This document shows positions 46,288 through 56,505 of a DNA stretch of 64,000 nucleotides, in pieces. The stretch lies in assembly GCA_020631855.1 (NCBI GenBank), contig JACKGU010000002.1, forward strand, positions 22,569 through 86,568. The letters are read 5' to 3'. Positions within the stretch are counted from its first letter, which is position 1; the number at the start of each line of letters is the position of its first letter. Both the position numbers and the translations under genes were made by a program. The notes under the pieces are model-generated. The model was given only the letters and a program-made list of their open reading frames with translations, had not been told where the DNA came from and made no database searches. Source of the DNA: Candidatus Nomurabacteria bacterium. Lineage in GTDB: Bacteria > Patescibacteriota > WWE3 > UBA101185 > UBA10185.

Positions 46288-46291
46288 ATAT

Positions 46292-47737
46292 ATGAACGCA
46301 TACAGACTTCAAGGATTTCGAGGTGGAATAGCTGATGACCCATTCCAAGGGGTTAGAGAGGCTTTTCGTTTTGGCTATGGCTTAAATATCCGAGGCGAAG
46401 AAAACACTCTTAAATGTAACCAACGATTAAAAGAAGACCTCGGTAGCGACACTGTCATTACAGACCTCATTCTCTTTTATGTTCCAGCTTCAAACGGCAG
46501 TTTATATGGTTTTGGTGACACTGGCAAGATTTATAGAAAAGCCGGTGGAGCTAGTGCTTGGGAGTTGGTCTATACGGACTCAAACGGCAAAATCACTGGA
46601 GCAGCTGAATACACCAACAATGATGGAAGCGATAACTACATTCCTTATCTCTATTGGGCGACTGAAACAAAAGTGAGCAGAATTAAACTTTCTGGCACCT
46701 GGCCAACAGATGTAGAGCACGACTGGCAAACACTTGATGGCGACCCTTCTTGGCACACCATGTCAGAAGCTCTGGGAGTGCTTCTTATTTGCGACAGCAA
46801 AGATTTAGCGATGGTCGACTTCGAAGGAGGATTTAATCGAGATGCTATCGATCTTCCTCGAAGCCATAGAAACAAATGCTTACTAGGACTGGATCAGTTA
46901 GTTGTGTTCGGCTCTACCAAGGGCGACAAAGTCGAGGAAGGTTGGCTCTGGACTTGGGACAAGATTCAACCCTCTTGGATCCAAAGAAGAATGGTGGCCG
47001 AAAGAGGTATAAACGCCCTTCTGCAAGGTGAATTCTTAATGATCCAAGCAGGAGTGCGCGGTGGTCTCTACTTCTGGGATACCTCCAACTTACTGAGGAT
47101 AAAAAAGCTTCCTGGTGAGTTTGGGTGGGTAAACCCTGGCGGTGTCACAATCATGGGAGGTTTACCTTTGTTAGGAGTGAATGGAAGCGATAAATGCGGC
47201 ATTTACTCTTACGGCCGACTGAACAAAAACGAACCCTATGCTCTAAACCTTGAGTACATTCCTTCTCACGGCAAAATGGAAAATGTCCTCATCGGGGCTT
47301 TAACCATGTATGAGGACAAAATCTACTGCTCCTGGAAAGACGGAACTACTTTTGGAACGGATGTCATCGATCCAGATAACAAAGCAGAAGCCCGCTATGA
47401 AGGCTTGGTGTTTGATGGTGGTGAATCATTTACCCAGAAGGGATTCAGACATATCAAGCTCGTTACAAAACCTCTCCCCAAAGACTGCACGATAGAAGTT
47501 TTCTACAAAGTGAATCAACAAGCGGAGTGGCAACTGGCCACTATGCAGGATGGCTCAGAGCTATTTGACCAAGAAGGAAGATCAAAGGCAATTTTTACCA
47601 TCGAAACCGGTGGGGACGAAGATGACCCAGGTACTGGAGAGGAATACGAATTGGCAATGAATCTACACCCCAATGGAAATGACACTCCGGAAGTTATCTC
47701 AGCAACAACTTATTTCGAACCTTTAGGAGTCTTATAA
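46292..47737 (+). CDS. hypothetical phage structural protein
   Basis: 482 aa from ATG 46292 (track ORF begins earlier, overlapping the upstream gene). Confidence 0.4.
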   Translation: MNAYRLQGFRGGIADDPFQGVREAFRFGYGLNIRGEENTLKCNQRLKEDLGSDTVITDLILFYVPASNGSLYGFGDTGKIYRKAGGASAWELVYTDSNGKITGAAEYTNNDGSDNYIPYLYWATETKVSRIKLSGTWPTDVEHDWQTLDGDPSWHTMSEALGVLLICDSKDLAMVDFEGGFNRDAIDLPRSHRNKCLLGLDQLVVFGSTKGDKVEEGWLWTWDKIQPSWIQRRMVAERGINALLQGEFLMIQAGVRGGLYFWDTSNLLRIKKLPGEFGWVNPGGVTIMGGLPLLGVNGSDKCGIYSYGRLNKNEPYALNLEYIPSHGKMENVLIGALTMYEDKIYCSWKDGTTFGTDVIDPDNKAEARYEGLVFDGGESFTQKGFRHIKLVTKPLPKDCTIEVFYKVNQQAEWQLATMQDGSELFDQEGRSKAIFTIETGGDEDDPGTGEEYELAMNLHPNGNDTPEVISATTYFEPLGVL

Positions 47738-47741
47738 ATCT

Positions 47742-49076
47742 ATGTTGACCAAAGATATTAAGAAAATAGTAACAAATCGAGAAGTTGAGGATCAGCCATT
47801 TCCTGAGGTAGTGCCTCATACCCACAATGGAGTTGACTCACCTGCTCTTGGTGCAAATACTGTCGACAGCGTCAATATAAAACCAGGAGCTGTCGGAGAT
47901 AACGAGCTTGACGATTTTTCGGTCACAGAACAGAAACTAGCAGAGGCAGCCGTTGCGACACAAAAGATCCAAGATGATGCCATTACCGCCGCAAAAGTTT
48001 ATAAAGCAGGATCCGTTATTACCGTCTCTGCTCAAATTGCAGAAGCAATCATTCTTACCGCTCATATAGGAACCGCCCAAATTACTAATGCCAAGATCGC
48101 TAATGCTTCAATCTCTACAGCAAAAATCCAGACAGCCGCAATCACAAATGCTGAAATAGCAGATGCAGCGATTACGAATGCAAAAATAGGAGCTTTAGAA
48201 GTTGGTAACTCACGAATAGCCAATGCTGCTATCAGCACTGCCAAAATTCAAGATGCAGCCGTGACAAATGCCGAAATTGCTGACGCGTCTATCACTAATG
48301 CCAAAATTGGTGCGCTAGAAGTTGGCAACTCTCGTATTGCAAACGCAGCCATAAGTACAGCCAAGATTCAGGATCTGGCAGTTACAGATGCCGAGATCAA
48401 CGACTTAAACGCTGGGAAGATCACTGCTGGCTCAATGAGCGCTGAACGTATTTACGGAGGGACTGGATACTTCACCAGAATTAACATCTTGATGTCGGGA
48501 TTAGAAGCGTTGAATGTCGCTGGGAATATAAATAAATCCGGAACATCAAACTTCTCTATTCCTCATCCATTGAAAAAGGGCCATAGATTGGTTTATACTG
48601 GTATTGAAGCAGCAGAAGTTCTCCTCGTTCATCGAGGGACAGCCACTCTAAGTAACGGACAGACACGAATTGACTTCCCAGACCACTTCATAGCGGTCAG
48701 CGATCCCAGAAACATTACAGCATATCTGACTCCCAAGCAAAACTGCAACGGACTTTTCATTGTCGAAGTAACAAACGACCATCTTGTCGTGCAAGAACTG
48801 CAAGGAGGAATATCCTCCGCTCAGTTTGACTACATGGTCGTCACAGTCCGCGACAAATTCTTCGACTTTGATTTTGAACCTGAAGGCGACATTGCGATTA
48901 AACGTGATGACGAAGATGAGGAAACTTTCAAGCAACGCTATCTGGAACACCGAATAAACGAGATTACCAAAAAAGGTGGTCCCAAAGTCCAGGAGCAAAT
49001 TGACCAACTACGGAGTGAATTTATCACCACAGTTGGCAGAAAGGAGATCGCAGGCAATGTCAAAAAAACAAACTAA
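47742..49076 (+). CDS. tail fibre-like protein with tandem ~40-aa repeats
   Basis: 444 aa; repeated AAITNAEIADAAITNAKIGALEVGNSRIANAAISTAKIQD units. Confidence 0.5.
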   Translation: MLTKDIKKIVTNREVEDQPFPEVVPHTHNGVDSPALGANTVDSVNIKPGAVGDNELDDFSVTEQKLAEAAVATQKIQDDAITAAKVYKAGSVITVSAQIAEAIILTAHIGTAQITNAKIANASISTAKIQTAAITNAEIADAAITNAKIGALEVGNSRIANAAISTAKIQDAAVTNAEIADASITNAKIGALEVGNSRIANAAISTAKIQDLAVTDAEINDLNAGKITAGSMSAERIYGGTGYFTRINILMSGLEALNVAGNINKSGTSNFSIPHPLKKGHRLVYTGIEAAEVLLVHRGTATLSNGQTRIDFPDHFIAVSDPRNITAYLTPKQNCNGLFIVEVTNDHLVVQELQGGISSAQFDYMVVTVRDKFFDFDFEPEGDIAIKRDDEDEETFKQRYLEHRINEITKKGGPKVQEQIDQLRSEFITTVGRKEIAGNVKKTN

Positions 49077-49290
49077 ATTAGATAGGTCCGATTTAAAAGA
49101 ACTGCAATTGCGAAAGCAGATGATTAAGCAGCATCAGCTGACAATCCAAGCGCTTGATTCGCAATTGGTCATGTGGCTTCTCGGTAAGTTTTTCAAATAC
49201 GGCTTGGATAGTCAGAAAGAATACAACTTCGATGCTGTAACCGGTGAAATAACCGAAGTCATACAGTCCCAGAAAGGAGGTGGCTCCTAA
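49057..49290 (+). CDS. small phage protein
   Basis: 77 aa from in-frame ATG; overlaps preceding gene by 20 nt. Confidence 0.3.
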   Translation: MSKKQTKLDRSDLKELQLRKQMIKQHQLTIQALDSQLVMWLLGKFFKYGLDSQKEYNFDAVTGEITEVIQSQKGGGS

Positions 49291-50354
49291 TGGCGACAAA
49301 ACAATACGGCGGTTGGTATTGGCAACCTGATCAAAATAAGGCTCTCAGATGGTGGGGTACTGATTCTTCTGGCAAAGACATTTACACAACCGGCGATGAA
49401 CCAGGCAAGCAACAATCGGTCAGCAATTTAAGTAGCGGTCTTTCTCAGGTTGATGGTTCTAGTATCTTGGGTTTTGATGTAGGAACGCTCAATACTCGAT
49501 TTCAGGACACTTATAAACAAGCTCAAGATTTATCATCAGATCTCGAAACCTACCAAACAAGGCGTTACGACGAAGAATATGGCAAAGCAGAACTTGGCAA
49601 ACTCAAAGATACCATTAGCTCTTTGGATACAAGTATCGCAAGTGAAAAAAATGTTCGTGATGAATCAGTCAGCAAGATTCGCAAAAACCCAGGCTATTCG
49701 GCAGCCACTATAACAGGTGAATCCGGAGAGGTTCAAAGACTTGCCAATGCAAAAATTGGCAATCTCATTGAAGAACGAAATGCAAAAGCCGAAGATTACA
49801 ACGCCCGACTTGGAGAAATAACTCGTAAAGTAACCTCAGAAACTCAAGGCAAAGAAGCCAAACTTAATAACCTTCGGTATGATTTGCAATTTTTAGGAGG
49901 ACTGCTTAATACCTACAATCAAATTCGATCTTCAGAATTATCCTCTGCCAAAGAAGATGAACGTTGGGAAAAAGAGTTTGAGCTAAAACTATATGATTCC
50001 CAGACGAGCAGAATGAAGACCGGCGATGGTGGTGGAACTTATGCTAAACAACAGGTTAAAGATGCTTTTGGCAATGTTGTTGGATATTTCGATGCCACCT
50101 CAGGTAAAACCACCCTTTATGAGGAACCCTCCAGTAAATCACAGGTAACCACTGTAAACGAAAGCGATCTGCGAAATGAAATCAGATCTGCGTGGAAACA
50201 AGGATTCACGGCTGACCAACTCAAGACAAATCTATCAGGAGTCGCAACAGATAAAGGTAAGAATGCCACTCAAATAATCGATGAAGAATGGCAGTTAAAG
50301 ACCCAGCCAGGTGTGATGGGATTCTTAAGACGCTTATTTACACCTGGAGTTTAA
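49290..50354 (+). CDS. coiled-coil phage protein
   Basis: 354 aa; AAAGGAGGTGG SD. Confidence 0.45.
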   Translation: MATKQYGGWYWQPDQNKALRWWGTDSSGKDIYTTGDEPGKQQSVSNLSSGLSQVDGSSILGFDVGTLNTRFQDTYKQAQDLSSDLETYQTRRYDEEYGKAELGKLKDTISSLDTSIASEKNVRDESVSKIRKNPGYSAATITGESGEVQRLANAKIGNLIEERNAKAEDYNARLGEITRKVTSETQGKEAKLNNLRYDLQFLGGLLNTYNQIRSSELSSAKEDERWEKEFELKLYDSQTSRMKTGDGGGTYAKQQVKDAFGNVVGYFDATSGKTTLYEEPSSKSQVTTVNESDLRNEIRSAWKQGFTADQLKTNLSGVATDKGKNATQIIDEEWQLKTQPGVMGFLRRLFTPGV

Positions 50355-53300
50355 TGCATATGGACAATTTTTTATCACAAATTAAGAAAAACATAACCTC
50401 GTCAATTCAAAATACGAGTCAAACTCTTGGTGGTATTTTTGGAAAGTCGCAACAAGCAGCTTCTTCTCTGGTACGTTCTGGCTCTGAAAAAATTCAAGAC
50501 ATACTAAGACCTCTGGAAAAACTAAAGCCTGAACAATACGACATCGCCATTCCAGGTCCCACAACCGGCTCCTACAAACCATTCAAAAATCTGTATGTAG
50601 AAACTGCTGCCCAAACACTTGGATTGGGTGCCAGAGATACAGATGTACTTGAGCGATTGCCAAGTGCAACAATCGGAGCCTTAAAGGGTGCCGGAGATGG
50701 TCTTGCCCAAGCCTTAACTTTTGGCTGGTGGAATCCGGAAATAGAGTACGCCAATGACATCGAAAAAATGGCCGGTGACATGACGGAGGTAGAGTTTAAT
50801 GTTTTAGGAACAATAGGAACTTTTGTGGTAGGAGGCGGTCTAGTTCAAGGAGCACTCAAAGGTGTTCCACTTCTTGGAAGAGTTGCTACAGTTGCTCCAA
50901 GAACATTTAGCCTACTTTCGAATGGACTTACTTTTGCAGGGTTAACCCAACTGCAAAAAGAAGAATCCTACAAAGATGCTCAACACCGAGCCAAAGACTT
51001 TGTGAGTGATTTTGCTCTCGGCGGAGCCTTTTCCATTGCTGGCATGAAACCTTCATTTCTAAAATCCTCGGCAATTATTGGACCCGCAACATATGTGACC
51101 TCACTTATCAAAGGTGACTCAAACGAAGACGCTCTCAAAAACACCGCAGCGATGATTGGACTCCATTCATTAAACTTTGCGGTGGCGAAATATCTTCCTA
51201 ACAAATCGGCAGTTGAGAGCCAAATAGAAAAAGCGGCCAGTGAGCAGTTGAAGATAACCAAGAAACAAGCTCTTGAGTACCTCGGCGTAAACGAAAAGGC
51301 TACTGCAGAGCAAGTGAAGCAAGCGTGGAAAAACAAAGTAGTTGGTATTACCAAAGAGTTTCCCGCTCAAGCAAAGCAAACACCACAAGAGATGGGGCAA
51401 TTCAATCAAGCTTGGAATACAGCCAACAGAGCTTACGAGTTCCTGGCAAAAGTAAGCAATCCAACCGGATATACCGGCAAGTCCTTCAGACAGGAGTTTC
51501 AAGATCTTTACTATGACCTCTGGAAAAATGTTCCTGACAAAAGGGCTATTGTTATCAGAGCGGTTCGCAACATGCCTGCGGGACTCTCAATCAGAGCCAC
51601 ATTAAACGAGACTCAAAGAAGCGAAATTGTGACCGCACTTGGAGGGCAAGAAGCCAAAACTCGACTCGGACGAGTTGCAGAACTAACTGATGCTGATTTA
51701 GTCACTGTAGCAATGGAAAACAAGATACCTGTTACTCCTTTCAAAGCAAATCCACCCGAGTTAAGTGCAGAAACATATAAACATGGCACGCCTGTCCCCG
51801 AGAAGATCTTAAAAGAAGGATTTAGCTTGGCGGAGTCTGGAAAAACAAGCGGTTATGGTGGAGTTATGGGTAAGGGTGTTTATTTGGATCTTACCCCAGG
51901 TGGTGAAGGAGCAAAATTATACGGAACAGTAATTGATACAAAGATTAAAAAAGGATTAAAACTTTTCAGTTGGTCTGGCAAAATTGACGAACTTTACTCT
52001 GAAGCCACGAAGTATGGGGATCCTGAAAAGATTACTGAAGTTCTACAAAAGAAGGGATATGACGGTGTTAAAGGCCTAAACCAAATGGTCATTTTTGACC
52101 CACAAAATGTAGTACCAATAGTTGATGGCAAGCCTTCCATTCCGCTAACCACCTCTTTCTCTGTTTTAGATCAAAAAGCGGCCAAGGCTGCAGAAATACG
52201 AGACAAATACCGAGTGCCTGGCGAAACCGAGCTAGAAAAACTTGAACGTACTAACAAGGATGTATCACAGACAACACTCATTCAAAAACGGCGCCAAGGT
52301 CAAATAATTGCACCAGATCAACCGCGAGTGGATGAGGTGAAAGATCCACCGCCTGGTAGTCCTCCTAGACCTCCCCAGGAAACACCTATTGGTTCTGATT
52401 CACCACCTCCTGAAGGGAGTGCTTTAAGCCAGATCGATGCGATGGTTGGAAAGCTTTCGCCTGCTGCTAATCTTCTGGACAAAGCTAAAAAAACAATTCA
52501 GGTTTTCCCGCGCCTTTTTACTGACCGCTTTGCTCCTATTCGGGAGTTTGAAAACAAAGTAAGTAAACTGCAGGGCAAGCCCATCGATATCAATTCCAGT
52601 CCTTATGTGGGCGCCCGAATGTATGCTGGACGCTTCGGCATTGTAGAAGGAAGTTTCCGAGATTTGTATACCGCACTTCAACCTGTCAGAAAATTGCGGG
52701 CAGACTTTACACGCTATGTACTTGCCCAGAGAACAGCAGAAAGAGCCGCCAGAGGTGTTGAAAATCCTCTTGAGGTCACTCAAGAAACTGCAGAGAAGGC
52801 ACTCCAAGAACTAAAAACTAAAGTTGGTGACAAAGCATTTAAAACATTTGAACAAGTTGGTAGTGGAATGCAAAATTGGGCAGTTAAAGCAATTCTCGAA
52901 CCCATGAGAGACTCTGGAATTTTAAGCAATAAAGCCTTCAACGCTGTTGTTGAGAAAAACAAAAACTGGCTTCCATTCCATGTTTTGGAATACATACCCA
53001 CGCTAGAAGAAGCAGACAAGATGGCAATCGGCTCCGAAACATTTTCCGTAAGTAAGCAAGGTGTTGTGAGTGCTCTTGAAGGAACAGACAAGGTCATTCG
53101 GGATCCATTTATCTCCGTAATAGACAACCTCACAAAAGCAGTTAGCCTTGTTGAACGAAATAAAGTAGCCCTGAAATTGGTAGAGCTTCGTAAAACTCAC
53201 CCTGATGCAACCAAAGGGTTGATCAGATTCTTACCCACCAAAGAAAATGCTCCGCAAGATTGGGAATCAATTAGCGTATTTATCGGTGGCAAGGTAACGC

Positions 53301-54958
53301 GCTGGGCTGTACCAAAAGAATTATCTGAAGCAATGCACGCCATGAGTCCGGCAGAGACAGGTTTGATGGGTAAGTTAGTAATGATGTCTTCAAAAGCATT
53401 TAAAGCAGGTACGACTACGCTCTATTTCCCATTTACGCTCTCCAATGCAGTCCGTGACTATCAAACCGCAACGATGGTTTCCAAATATGGCTTTAATCCT
53501 GCAGTATGGCTATCAGGATTTAAAGACGGCTTCCGCTCGGCGTTTAAATGGGAATCCAAAGCCTATGACGAATTTATGAGAAATCAAGGTGGCTATGGGA
53601 GCTACATTGAATCAACCAAAGGTTTGTCAGTTGCCTCTGATCAATTATTCCGACCCAGATGGATGGAAAGAACGAAAGCTGTTCTTAACCCTTTTGAGTT
53701 AATAGGCAACTTCTCTGAAGCCATAGAACTTGCTCCGAGACTTGGAATCTATAAAAAAGCTCTCAGTAAAGGAGCCAGTCCTTTGGAAGCAGCATTTGAA
53801 GCACGAAACGTGACAGTCGACTTTGCCAAAGCAGGAGTTGAAGCCCGATTGATTAATATGTGGGTTCCGTTTGTAAATGCACGATGGCAAGGTTTACTAA
53901 ATGTCACCCGTGTCATGAAGGACAATCCTGTCCGAACTGCAGCCAGAGCTCTTGCCATGACTGTTCTTCCTGGAATTGCCACTTACTTTTATAACGTCAT
54001 GAACCATGAAGACCTCTGGGAAGATATTCCTCAGTGGGCAAAAGACACCTACTTCATCATTATTGTCGGAGAAGAAAAAGATGAAGATGGTAATAAAGTT
54101 CCAAAGGTAATCCAAATCCCTAAAGGTGACGTTGGAACGATTTTCTTCAACCCTCTGATGTACTCGTTTGAATATGTTCGTAAACAAGAACCTCAAAACC
54201 TCTTCAAGCTCGGTCTAGAGTGGATGAGTCAGTTAGCTCCAGTTCCATTTACAAGAGATGGTGAGTTATCCGCTCAAGCCTTCTTCTCTGGAGCTCTGCC
54301 ACCTATTATGCGTACTCCTCTGGAAATAGCGACAAATACAAACTTCTTTACCGGATTTCCAGTGGTCCCAAGAAAACTAGAAAAAGTCGCCCCATCAGAA
54401 CAATACGACAGTAGAACACCTGATTTAGCAATCACCATCGGTCGTGCCTTGGGAGTAAGTCCTATGAAGTTGACCCACGCAGTCTATGGATTAACCGGAA
54501 GCTTGGCTAGAGAGCTACTTAGCCCTGCAGATGTCCTAGGTCTGACAATGGATCGTTTTTACCGAACTCAGGGCGGTGAGAAGCAACGTAGAGCCTGGGA
54601 CATCAAATATGAAGCAGAAGTAGGCTACAACACCACTCGTCTGCAAATGAAGAAGCTCATAGAGGCTGGTGACATGCAAGGCGCCCAGCAAATGGCACTG
54701 AGGTGGAACGAAGAAGCAGAAAAACTGATCCCACAGGTTGTTCCGCTTTTAATGAAAGATGATCCCAAAGAAGCAACATTGTTTCAAAGTAGCATCACTT
54801 TTAATGCGAGCGATTTACAACGCTTATTAAAGACAACTCTTCCTGGCGGTATTCCTCAAGAAACTGACAGTGATAAGCAGAAATCAACACTAACTCCATT
54901 GAAGAATGGGTCCAATTCCACGGACAATCAGAGTATTAAGAGTTTGATTTATAGATAA
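50354..54958 (+). CDS. giant (1534 aa) virion-associated protein (tape-measure/internal ejection protein-like)
   Basis: Start at ATG overlapping upstream stop (TAATG); size and position between fibre and lysis genes; no enzymatic motif recognised. Confidence 0.5.
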   Translation: MHMDNFLSQIKKNITSSIQNTSQTLGGIFGKSQQAASSLVRSGSEKIQDILRPLEKLKPEQYDIAIPGPTTGSYKPFKNLYVETAAQTLGLGARDTDVLERLPSATIGALKGAGDGLAQALTFGWWNPEIEYANDIEKMAGDMTEVEFNVLGTIGTFVVGGGLVQGALKGVPLLGRVATVAPRTFSLLSNGLTFAGLTQLQKEESYKDAQHRAKDFVSDFALGGAFSIAGMKPSFLKSSAIIGPATYVTSLIKGDSNEDALKNTAAMIGLHSLNFAVAKYLPNKSAVESQIEKAASEQLKITKKQALEYLGVNEKATAEQVKQAWKNKVVGITKEFPAQAKQTPQEMGQFNQAWNTANRAYEFLAKVSNPTGYTGKSFRQEFQDLYYDLWKNVPDKRAIVIRAVRNMPAGLSIRATLNETQRSEIVTALGGQEAKTRLGRVAELTDADLVTVAMENKIPVTPFKANPPELSAETYKHGTPVPEKILKEGFSLAESGKTSGYGGVMGKGVYLDLTPGGEGAKLYGTVIDTKIKKGLKLFSWSGKIDELYSEATKYGDPEKITEVLQKKGYDGVKGLNQMVIFDPQNVVPIVDGKPSIPLTTSFSVLDQKAAKAAEIRDKYRVPGETELEKLERTNKDVSQTTLIQKRRQGQIIAPDQPRVDEVKDPPPGSPPRPPQETPIGSDSPPPEGSALSQIDAMVGKLSPAANLLDKAKKTIQVFPRLFTDRFAPIREFENKVSKLQGKPIDINSSPYVGARMYAGRFGIVEGSFRDLYTALQPVRKLRADFTRYVLAQRTAERAARGVENPLEVTQETAEKALQELKTKVGDKAFKTFEQVGSGMQNWAVKAILEPMRDSGILSNKAFNAVVEKNKNWLPFHVLEYIPTLEEADKMAIGSETFSVSKQGVVSALEGTDKVIRDPFISVIDNLTKAVSLVERNKVALKLVELRKTHPDATKGLIRFLPTKENAPQDWESISVFIGGKVTRWAVPKELSEAMHAMSPAETGLMGKLVMMSSKAFKAGTTTLYFPFTLSNAVRDYQTATMVSKYGFNPAVWLSGFKDGFRSAFKWESKAYDEFMRNQGGYGSYIESTKGLSVASDQLFRPRWMERTKAVLNPFELIGNFSEAIELAPRLGIYKKALSKGASPLEAAFEARNVTVDFAKAGVEARLINMWVPFVNARWQGLLNVTRVMKDNPVRTAARALAMTVLPGIATYFYNVMNHEDLWEDIPQWAKDTYFIIIVGEEKDEDGNKVPKVIQIPKGDVGTIFFNPLMYSFEYVRKQEPQNLFKLGLEWMSQLAPVPFTRDGELSAQAFFSGALPPIMRTPLEIATNTNFFTGFPVVPRKLEKVAPSEQYDSRTPDLAITIGRALGVSPMKLTHAVYGLTGSLARELLSPADVLGLTMDRFYRTQGGEKQRRAWDIKYEAEVGYNTTRLQMKKLIEAGDMQGAQQMALRWNEEAEKLIPQVVPLLMKDDPKEATLFQSSITFNASDLQRLLKTTLPGGIPQETDSDKQKSTLTPLKNGSNSTDNQSIKSLIYR

Positions 54959-54964
54959 ACAGTT

Positions 54965-56032
54965 ATGGCAGACATCATACGACCAATAGAACCATTTGAA
55001 TTGACTCAAGGTTTTGGAGAAAACCCAGCTGACTATGCTCGATTCGGACTCAAAGGACATAATGGTTGGGATTTAAAAACAAAGTTTCCCGATACTCCAC
55101 AGGGCTTTAGAAATATTCTTTCATCTTGGGCATCTAAATTTTATTCTCAGGGCAACGAGGGGAACGATGGCTTTGGTCTTTACTTTGAGGTAATCGTCCA
55201 ACTTTATAACACCTACAAGCTGACCTATGCTCACTGCAAATCCATTGAAGGCTTTGAAAACAAGAATGAGGGTGACTCATTGGCCATTAGTGACAACACC
55301 GGCAATAGCACTGGCAGTCATTTACACCTTACCGTAAAGCGTGGACAACTTTCCAACGGAAAGTTTGCCAGCGACAACTATAACAATGGCTATTTTGGAG
55401 CCATCAATCCTCAAGAGTTCTTTGATGAACTCAGAAAGTATAAGAAAGAAAAAGGCACAACTTCTGCTCCTGAGGGATGTTTGGTGCCAAATACACCTGA
55501 ATGGCGAACTAAGTACGAGCAAGTAGTCTCTTCGGCAACCAAATGGGCCGATACGCTTAAGATTTTTGAGATCACTGACGACCCCAACACTACCCCCAGC
55601 GACAGAATTAAGAGTGTAGTCGGAGGGTATAAAAGTCGTGAAACTGACCTATCTAACAAGCTAAACGAGAAGTCAGCCGATCTCGACAAAGCCAACCAGG
55701 AGATTAGCAACCGGGTGGAACAAGTTGGCAGACTCGAAAAGGATTTGCTAGAGAAGGAAAAGTACCACAAAGCCCTGATCGACGCATTAAATAAACAGCT
55801 CAAAAATGGTTCAGATGCGCTCCCCTTGGCTCAGGCTCGCATAGGGGTGCTGGAGGGCGAGCTAGATGAAGCTAATAAAGCCAAGGGCAGAGCTCTCAAC
55901 GATGCACAGCAATACAAAGGTCAATTTGAGGCGTGCCAAAAGGGTACTCTGGTTCCGACTCCTCAATTAATTTTCTCCCTGGTTATTCAGTATTTCAGCA
56001 ATAAATTACCCAAAGGAGGTGAAAAACTATGA
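54965..56032 (+). CDS. M23-family peptidase (lysin) with C-terminal coiled-coil region
   Basis: 355 aa; GHNGWD (HxxxD) and GSHLHLTV (HxH) M23 metal-binding motifs. Confidence 0.55.
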   Translation: MADIIRPIEPFELTQGFGENPADYARFGLKGHNGWDLKTKFPDTPQGFRNILSSWASKFYSQGNEGNDGFGLYFEVIVQLYNTYKLTYAHCKSIEGFENKNEGDSLAISDNTGNSTGSHLHLTVKRGQLSNGKFASDNYNNGYFGAINPQEFFDELRKYKKEKGTTSAPEGCLVPNTPEWRTKYEQVVSSATKWADTLKIFEITDDPNTTPSDRIKSVVGGYKSRETDLSNKLNEKSADLDKANQEISNRVEQVGRLEKDLLEKEKYHKALIDALNKQLKNGSDALPLAQARIGVLEGELDEANKAKGRALNDAQQYKGQFEACQKGTLVPTPQLIFSLVIQYFSNKLPKGGEKL

Positions 56033-56250
56033 TAGTTACCAGCCCTAAATATCAACTGACATTTGATGACCTTAAGAAACTTGGTACAGGTTTAGGAATT
56101 GCACTACTCGGAGCAGCTCTAACATACTTGACAGAACAGATTCCCAATATCGACTTCGGTCAATGGACTCCGATTGTTGTAGCTTTCTGGTCAGTTGTTG
56201 TCAACACAGTCAGAAAATGGTTAACAGCAAGTGAATATATTGAGAACTAA
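56029..56250 (+). CDS. holin-like small membrane protein
   Basis: 73 aa; two hydrophobic segments (LGIALLGAALTYL, PIVVAFWSVVV); AAAGGAGGTGA SD; follows lysin. Confidence 0.45.
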   Translation: MIVTSPKYQLTFDDLKKLGTGLGIALLGAALTYLTEQIPNIDFGQWTPIVVAFWSVVVNTVRKWLTASEYIEN

Positions 56251-56256
56251 TGTCCT

Positions 56257-56505
56257 ATGAGTGATAAACCAGTCAATACCATCAATATGCTCGAACGTGT
56301 TGCCAAACTCGAAGAACGAGTAGATGGCGGGTTTGGATTTGTAAATAAAGAGTTAAAGGAAATAAAAGAAAATCATTTACACCAATTACAAGCAGATGTT
56401 AGTGACTTGAAAATAAAAGTGAGTACTTTGGCGGTGAAGATTAGCATCGCTGCTGCTGTGGCAACGATAGTTGGAGATTTTATTTTCCGTCTTCTTTTTC
56501 GGTAG
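56257..56505 (+). CDS. small coiled-coil protein with C-terminal TM (holin/spanin-like)
   Basis: 82 aa; C-terminal ISIAAAVATIVGDFIF TM. Confidence 0.35.
   Translation: MSDKPVNTINMLERVAKLEERVDGGFGFVNKELKEIKENHLHQLQADVSDLKIKVSTLAVKISIAAAVATIVGDFIFRLLFR

Noticed and set aside
46190-46291. 5' extension of the track ORF 46190-47737, and similar long N-terminal extensions at 39241, 42119, 43624, 43886, 48976 and 50288
   Set aside because: The extensions overlap upstream genes and lack SD sequences. Internal ATGs with AGGAGGTGA-type SDs or paralog-supported starts were used instead.
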